A program made the translations under genes and the position numbers. Source: Alphaproteobacteria bacterium (lineage in GTDB: Bacteria > Pseudomonadota > Alphaproteobacteria > RF32 > CAG-239). From it: a stretch of 64,000 nucleotides of DNA. Within the stretch, counting starts at the first letter, position 1; every line of letters starts with the position of its first letter. Below, piece after piece: positions 59,326-64,000 of the stretch. The notes under the pieces are model-generated. The model did no database searches and was not told the DNA's origin. It saw only the letters and a program-made list of their open reading frames with translations. The stretch spans positions 8,184 to 72,183 of the forward strand of contig SUUR01000003.1 in assembly GCA_015062435.1 (NCBI GenBank), in the 5' to 3' direction.

Positions 59326-59508
59326 TATGTTTATTATTCTTTCGTGTGACGGGTCTTTTTGTAGCTTAAGGAATGTTTCTTCGCTTACATCAAAGACCAA
59401 TAGATAGCCTCCACCGTTTCTGAACCATACGATAAGTTCATTTCCAGGTTGGTATTCAGTATCAGCATATATAGGACTGTCAACCTCTACTGTATTATCT
59501 ATTATCAT
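59290..59508 (-). CDS. KTSC-domain-like small protein
   Basis: 72 aa. ...YQPGNELIVWFRNGGGYLLVFDVSEETFLKLQKDPS fits the KTSC pattern (x-L-x-V-x-F-x-NG-x-Y-x-Y-x-V). ATGA overlap with the methyltransferase stop. Confidence 0.5.
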   Translation of the reverse strand: MIIDNTVEVDSPIYADTEYQPGNELIVWFRNGGGYLLVFDVSEETFLKLQKDPSHERIINILRTHSCHRYTL

Positions 59509-61001
59509 TCCTTATGTACTCCGCCATTAACGACAAGATGAATTACTTCTATTGACGCTATGCCGTCGCGGTCAACGCCGCGGACGGCTATGTCATATTT
59601 TCCTGTTTTTAGAATGATTTTCTGTATTCCGTCATTATTACGCAAAACCTCGGCGGCAAAACCTTTTTTTGCGTCATAATCCCAGTCCCATTGCCAAAGC
59701 TCTATATCGTCGCCTGTAGCCTTAAAGATAACTTCCTTATCCCCTTTGTCGCCAACTTCTTTCCAATCAAACGACAATGAAATACGCGGCGGCATACCGA
59801 TTGGAATAATTTCATCAACGCGAACAAGAGTTATTTCAAAATCTTCTTCTCTTTTTAGTCGCGCGACTTCTTCAACAGCTCCGCGTCCGAAAGAAAAAGC
59901 GATAATATAACCGCGTTTGCATTGTTTGTTAAAGCGTGACATAGCCGATTTAAAATTATCAATTACATTTCGACCGATATTATCGCTTCGCTTTACCTGA
60001 ATCGGGAAAGACGCTCGTCCTTCATGCAATAAACCGTCAATACCGCCGTCACCGACTTGTTTTGTATGGGATTCGCCGCCATACTGTTCAACAATAAAGC
60101 GTTCAAACTGAAAAGGCGGGGCGTTTCTGATTGTTTCATAATCATATTTCGGCGTTTCAACACTAAAAGTTGGACGAAACAAGTCATTTTCTAACCTCGC
60201 CCGCGTAACAGCGATAGCGTGGACAGACTGATCAATGCCGATAAAATGGCGTTTAAGATTGTGCGCCGCTACAAGAGTCGTTCCGCCGCCACAAAATGCG
60301 TCCAAAACAATGTCACCTTCGTTTGAACAGGCTTTTATTATCCGCTCTAATAAAGCAAGCGGCTTTTGTGTCGGATAGCCAATACGTTCAGGACTATTTG
60401 CGTTTAAAACATTTATCTCCCACCAATCTTCTGGTATTTTTCCAAGAGGATTTGGTTTGTATACTTTATTCGTTCCTTTATGTCGTCCCCACATTGCATC
60501 GTCTTTTCGACCGACACCTTCTGCTCTATAAGCTATTCTAACAGCGTCAGCATTAAAAGTATGTTCGTTACTTTTTCTGTAAAAGAAAATTGTATCATGT
60601 CTTCTACCAAAAGCAGAACGTGGGGCGCTTCCTCCTCTATAACACCAAGCTATCTCATTGACAAATAAAGGTTTACCCCCCCCCCGCACAGGTTGTAATT
60701 TGTCAAGAATATGCACGCGTATGTATGCGTTAGCGTGCCAGTCGCAATGTACAAAAAGAGAGCCTGTCGGTTTTAAGACGCGCCAGATTTCATCTATCCT
60801 TTCTTTCAACCAACCTATGTAATGTTCCATACCGCCAGCCCAACGGTCTGTAAAACTTCTGACTTCGCCACTATCTCCCCAAATTACTTCATAATTACGG
60901 TTACTAAAAAAGGGTGGGTCGATATAACATAAATCAACGCTTTCACTAGGAATTGATTTTAATACTTGTAGATTATCCCCTAATATCAATCTGTTTTGCA
61001 T
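59505..61001 (-). CDS. Beta-class N6-adenine/N4-cytosine DNA methyltransferase fused to an Mrr-like (PD-(D/E)xK) restriction-endonuclease-fold domain and a C-terminal PKD-like domain
   Basis: 498 aa. Methyltransferase motifs: IV DPPF (aa 28-31), TQKP (aa 211-214), I FCGGGTT (aa 236-242). Nuclease fold: FERFIVE...GDGGIDG...IQVK (aa ~299-337). PKD-like: KEVIFKATGDDIELWQWDWDYD...YDIAVRGVDRDG (aa ~421-480). Confidence 0.8.
   Translation of the reverse strand: MQNRLILGDNLQVLKSIPSESVDLCYIDPPFFSNRNYEVIWGDSGEVRSFTDRWAGGMEHYIGWLKERIDEIWRVLKPTGSLFVHCDWHANAYIRVHILDKLQPVRGGGKPLFVNEIAWCYRGGSAPRSAFGRRHDTIFFYRKSNEHTFNADAVRIAYRAEGVGRKDDAMWGRHKGTNKVYKPNPLGKIPEDWWEINVLNANSPERIGYPTQKPLALLERIIKACSNEGDIVLDAFCGGGTTLVAAHNLKRHFIGIDQSVHAIAVTRARLENDLFRPTFSVETPKYDYETIRNAPPFQFERFIVEQYGGESHTKQVGDGGIDGLLHEGRASFPIQVKRSDNIGRNVIDNFKSAMSRFNKQCKRGYIIAFSFGRGAVEEVARLKREEDFEITLVRVDEIIPIGMPPRISLSFDWKEVGDKGDKEVIFKATGDDIELWQWDWDYDAKKGFAAEVLRNNDGIQKIILKTGKYDIAVRGVDRDGIASIEVIHLVVNGGVHKE
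60676..60685 (-). repeat. Homopolymeric G10 tract (C10 on the plus strand) inside the methyltransferase coding sequence
   Basis: Read directly. It encodes R-G-G-G (aa 106-109), is currently in frame, and is the only run of this kind I saw in the window. Confidence 0.9.
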
Positions 61002-61150
61002 TCTTCATTACCTTTGTTGTTTTCAATAGCGGGTTTAGAAACGGAAGCGGGCTTGTCGTTATCCGCTTTTGGCTTTGGCTGAATAAGAGCCATAGCCACT
61101 TCTTCCATACTTGCGTTTATTGGTTCAATAAGTTTTGCCTGTCTTGCCAT
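60986..61150 (-). CDS. Small hypothetical protein (54 aa) between the transposase and the methyltransferase
   Basis: MARQAKLIEPINASMEEVAMAL..., with SD AAGGA 9 nt upstream. Overlaps the tnp 3' end by 26 nt and the methyltransferase start by 16 nt. Confidence 0.4.
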   Translation of the reverse strand: MARQAKLIEPINASMEEVAMALIQPKPKADNDKPASVSKPAIENNKGNEECKTD

Positions 61151-62048
61151 GTGTGAGTTCCTTATATGATAAATGCTTGTTATAACCGCCCGTAACGGCT
61201 GAACGGACACGTTCCAGAGGGGAAAGGGTACGCATATTATGACGACTTGCAAATTCGTTTACATAACGCTGTAAATGCTTTTCGCTCCACTTATGATAAA
61301 TGCCATAATAACCACGTTTCAAAATAGCCCAGAAACTTTCTATGCCGTTTGTATATACTTTTTCACGAACATATTCACCTACGCCGTGATTAACCTTTTG
61401 ATGATTAAATTCTTTCAGTCCTTTATATCCGCCGAACTGATCTGTATAAACGTTCGCGCCAATCTTTACGTTTGCGCGGATTGTCGCAGTTAAAATACGA
61501 CTATTTGTATTTTCGACAGCGAAAGCCTTGACAGCTCCGTCACGTTCTTTTAAGCCGACAACGGGAGCTTTACCGACAGCGCCACGTCCAGAACGCAATT
61601 TTTTATCGCTATGTTTGTTCTTTTCGCTTCCGCCTATATACGTTTCATCAACTTCGACAGTTCCCGATAATTTGTCAGTATATTGCAACCATGATTCGCG
61701 AATACGGTGGGCTAAAAACCATGCTGTTTTTTGCGTACAATTCAGGTATTCAGCTAACTGAATTGAAGAAACGCCTTTTTTAGAATTAACAAGAATATAA
61801 ATAGCAAGAAGCCATTTTTGCAAAGGAAGTTTACTATCTTCAAGCATAGTTCCTACACGAACAGAAAAATGTTTACGGCATTTCTTGCAACGATAAGGCA
61901 TAGGCTTGCCGCATTTTGAAACATGAATGCTACCGCAATACGGGCAAACAACGCCGTTTTTCCAACGCAAATTTTCAAAAAACTTTGCCGCATCTTCTTC
62001 TGTCGGGTATTTTTGAAAAAAATCTATCAGACTAAACTTATCAGACAT
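61125..62048 (-). CDS. IS1595-family transposase (Zn-ribbon plus ISXO2-like DDE domain)
   Basis: 307 aa from the ATG at 62048 (SD AAGGAAAGG). Zn ribbon CPYCG...CKKCRKHF, then VEVDETYIGG, YTDQFGGY and TNGIESFWAILKRG. Confidence 0.9.
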   Translation of the reverse strand: MSDKFSLIDFFQKYPTEEDAAKFFENLRWKNGVVCPYCGSIHVSKCGKPMPYRCKKCRKHFSVRVGTMLEDSKLPLQKWLLAIYILVNSKKGVSSIQLAEYLNCTQKTAWFLAHRIRESWLQYTDKLSGTVEVDETYIGGSEKNKHSDKKLRSGRGAVGKAPVVGLKERDGAVKAFAVENTNSRILTATIRANVKIGANVYTDQFGGYKGLKEFNHQKVNHGVGEYVREKVYTNGIESFWAILKRGYYGIYHKWSEKHLQRYVNEFASRHNMRTLSPLERVRSAVTGGYNKHLSYKELTHGKTGKTY

Positions 62049-62148
62049 TGGCCTTTCCTTTCTTGCTTTTAGCAATATAGGCCGAATCTTATGGCTAGTC
62101 AAGTATTTTTATTATTTTCAATAATTGCTTGCGCTGTTCTGGCTAGCG

Positions 62149-62163
62149 TTGTATATAAGTCCC
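62149..62163. repeat. Terminal inverted repeat proximal to the transposase: TTGTATATAAGTCCC
   Basis: Exact reverse complement of 59059-59073. Confidence 0.85.
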
Positions 62164-62171
62164 TTTTTTTT
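62164..62171. repeat. Target-site duplication, right copy (TTTTTTTT)
   Basis: Exactly 8 T immediately outside the right IR, 3 nt from the tRNA-Val 3' end. Confidence 0.7.
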
Positions 62172-62174
62172 AAT

Positions 62175-62250
62175 TGGTGGGCGCTGAGAGGTTCGAACTC
62201 CCGACCCTCTCGGTGTAAACGAGATGCTCTTCCAGCTGAGCTAAGCGCCC
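62175..62250 (-). tRNA. tRNA-Val (anticodon TAC) with encoded CCA
   Basis: 76-nt cloverleaf folded by hand. Acceptor GGGCGCT/AGCGCCC, D stem GCTC/GAGC, anticodon stem TCTCG/CGAGA with loop TTTACAC, and T arm GGGAG-TTCGAAC-CTCTC. Confidence 0.92.
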
Positions 62251-62426
62251 TTTCTTGCTTACGAAAAAGTTTATACACTCAATAAAATAATTAATCAAGC
62301 AAAAAATTCAAAAAAAAATTACTTTTTTTTATTTGTTATCATAAATCATATAGTTAACAAAATAATTAGGGAGTATGTTTTCACACACTCCCTACTATCA
62401 AATCACCAGTTTTCAATAACTGTCAA

Positions 62427-62699
62427 CTAGTTTACAGAATCCTGCAAAGCTTTACCAGCTTTGAATTTAGCTTGCTTACGTGCTGGAATTTTGATAGCAG
62501 CACCGGTACGAGGATTACGACCTGTTGTAGCAGCACGTTTAGCAACTGCAAAAGTACCAAAACCAACCAAACGAACTTCATCACCTTTTTTCAAAGCTTT
62601 AGTGATAGACAATACCAAAGCGTCTAAAGCTTTAGCAGAATCAGATTTGGTCAAACCAGTTTCGCTAGCAATGCTAGAAATCAATTCATTTTTATTCAC
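62427..62699 (-). CDS. hupB: DNA-binding protein HU
   Basis: 90 aa. Contains MNKNELI...GFGTF...RNPRTG...KF. Confidence 0.95.
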   Translation of the reverse strand: MNKNELISSIASETGLTKSDSAKALDALVLSITKALKKGDEVRLVGFGTFAVAKRAATTGRNPRTGAAIKIPARKQAKFKAGKALQDSVN

Positions 62700-62952
62700 G
62701 ATGAGGACTCCCTCTAATTATAAGTTATAAACCATATAAGCAAAGCAATATCTTGCTTACAAGAGGATTTGAACATTAAAAAAATAATGTGTCAAACAAA
62801 AACAATAAAGATTTCAACATCTTTTGCATTTTTTTGCTAAAAAACTCCTATTTTCTGAGCTTTTCCTGATTTTAAGCTATAAAAATTGATAATATCTGCC
62901 ATATTTTCATTACACTTCCTATATATTTCCCGATTCTTCACTCTCAGTCATC

Positions 62953-62988
62953 ACAAAAAAACGACTCTTATTTATACAAGAGTCGTTT
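62953..62988 (-). terminator. Rho-independent terminator of lon
   Basis: AACGACTCTT (62960-69) pairs with AAGAGTCGTT (62978-87). The A7 at 62954-60 becomes a T-run on the minus strand. Confidence 0.75.
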
Positions 62989-63010
62989 TTATAATTTAAT
63001 TATTTACATT

Positions 63011-64000
63011 TTATTTTTTAGCTTTTAGCGGAGAAACTTTTCCTTTCAAAGCAATCTTCAACACTTCCATTGCATCTGCTACCGGAATAATTTTCAGACC
63101 TGTTTTCACATTATCAGGAATTTCTGCTAAATCTTTTTCATTATCTTTCGGGATAATTACGGTTTTAATTCCGCCCCTCAACGCTGAAAGTAATTTTTCT
63201 TTCAACCCTCCGATTGGCAACACCCTACCCTGCAAAGTAATTTCTCCGGTCATTGCTACATCTTTACGCACAGGAATCTTCGTAAATACCGATACCAAAG
63301 TGGTATACATTGCAATACCGGCAGAGGGTCCGTCTTTAGGGGTTGCCCCTTCAGGAACATGAACATGAATATCCGTTTTTTCAAAAACTTCAGGTTCAAT
63401 TCCCAAATCTTTAGAATGAGCTCTCACCACCGAATATGCTGTTTCAATAGATTCTTTCATTACTTCACCAAGCTTACCGGTTTGTTTAACTACACCTTTA
63501 CCTGGCATATCAACAGCTTCAATAAACAGAATATCTCCACCCACCTCAGTCCAAGCCAATCCGGTAGTAACACCGACATGATCAACTTCTTCAGCTTCAC
63601 CAAATCGATATTTAATAACACCAAGATACTTATCGATATTTTTTTCATCTATAACAATTTTTTTCTTTTTCTTTGCCAAAAGTATTTCTTTCACAGCTTT
63701 TCTGGCCAAAGTAGCCAATTCACGTTCCAAATTACGCACACCGGCTTCTCTGGTATAATATCGAATAATTGAACGTACGGCTTCATCTGTAATTTCCAAT
63801 TCACTTGGTGTCATTGCATTTTCAACAAATATTTTTGGAATTAGATGTTTTTTGGCAATTTCTATTTTTTCATCTTCGGTATAACCGGAAAGACGAATAA
63901 TTTCCATTCTATCCAACAAAGGTCTGGGCATATCTAAAGAATTTGCCGTTGTTACAAACATCACATCAGACAAGTCATAATCAACTTCCAAATAGTGATC
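63011..64000 (-). CDS. lon: ATP-dependent Lon protease, C-terminal part (gene continues beyond the window end)
   Basis: AAA+ lid plus the proteolytic domain, with catalytic DGPSAGIAM and ...GGLKEK. The reading frame is open to position 64000. Confidence 0.92.
   Translation of the reverse strand, partial: DHYLEVDYDLSDVMFVTTANSLDMPRPLLDRMEIIRLSGYTEDEKIEIAKKHLIPKIFVENAMTPSELEITDEAVRSIIRYYTREAGVRNLERELATLARKAVKEILLAKKKKKIVIDEKNIDKYLGVIKYRFGEAEEVDHVGVTTGLAWTEVGGDILFIEAVDMPGKGVVKQTGKLGEVMKESIETAYSVVRAHSKDLGIEPEVFEKTDIHVHVPEGATPKDGPSAGIAMYTTLVSVFTKIPVRKDVAMTGEITLQGRVLPIGGLKEKLLSALRGGIKTVIIPKDNEKDLAEIPDNVKTGLKIIPVADAMEVLKIALKGKVSPLKAKK

Larger units (their letters stand above)
59059..62163 (-). mobile_element. 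IS1595-family transposon (3,105 bp) carrying passenger genes
   Basis: Perfect 15-bp terminal IRs (20/23 if extended inward), 8-bp flanking direct repeats and an IS1595-type transposase. GC is higher by eye than in the flanks. Confidence 0.85.

Noticed and set aside
58253-62174. Classical tRNA-associated genomic island or prophage at the 3' end of tRNA-Val.
   Set aside because: There is no integrase, no direct repeat of the tRNA 3' end and no phage genes. The foreign DNA is fully explained by a DDE-transposase element with its own IRs and TSD.
62091-62285. 64-aa plus-strand ORF spanning the IS end and tRNA-Val.
   Set aside because: It is the antisense translation of the tRNA gene and the IS terminus, so it is spurious.

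Overview
This is an AT-rich chromosomal segment with about 60 tightly packed protein genes and one tRNA. I assigned products from sequence motifs I recognise; no database search was possible. Local gene order (lon-hupB-tRNA-Val; rlpA-dac-tmk-holB-tatD-MBL; mlaD-DUF2155; standalone rpsD) looks alphaproteobacterium-like. The metabolism looks anaerobic: a complete apbE-rseC-rnfBCDGEA cluster, plus hydG and a TM1266-type [FeFe]-hydrogenase regulator. Most of the window is ordinary housekeeping: envelope and peptidoglycan enzymes, ABC transporters, metG, malQ and a maltokinase-like gene, galE, queH and trkH. The stand-out feature is a 3,105-bp IS1595-family transposon at 59059-62163. Its ends are exact: perfect 15-bp terminal inverted repeats flanked by an 8-bp T8 target duplication. 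It sits between tRNA-Val and that tRNA's hairpin terminator and is visibly more GC-rich than the flanks. It carries a co-oriented passenger operon: transposase, a small ORF, a 498-aa DNA methyltransferase and a KTSC-like small protein. A convergent small ORF lies at the other end. The methyltransferase is fused to an Mrr-like nuclease-fold domain and a PKD-like domain, and its coding sequence contains an in-frame G10 tract, a candidate phase-variation switch. Secondary points of interest are a palindrome-dense, GC-richer non-coding stretch (58.3-58.7 kb), an 840-aa PcfJ-like/leucine-rich-repeat fusion protein, an in-frame duplication of a flavinylation-like motif in rnfD, and an 806-aa LtaS/EptA-architecture membrane protein abutting an incomplete yejEF-type ABC system. 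I saw no CRISPR array, rRNA, integrase or prophage.
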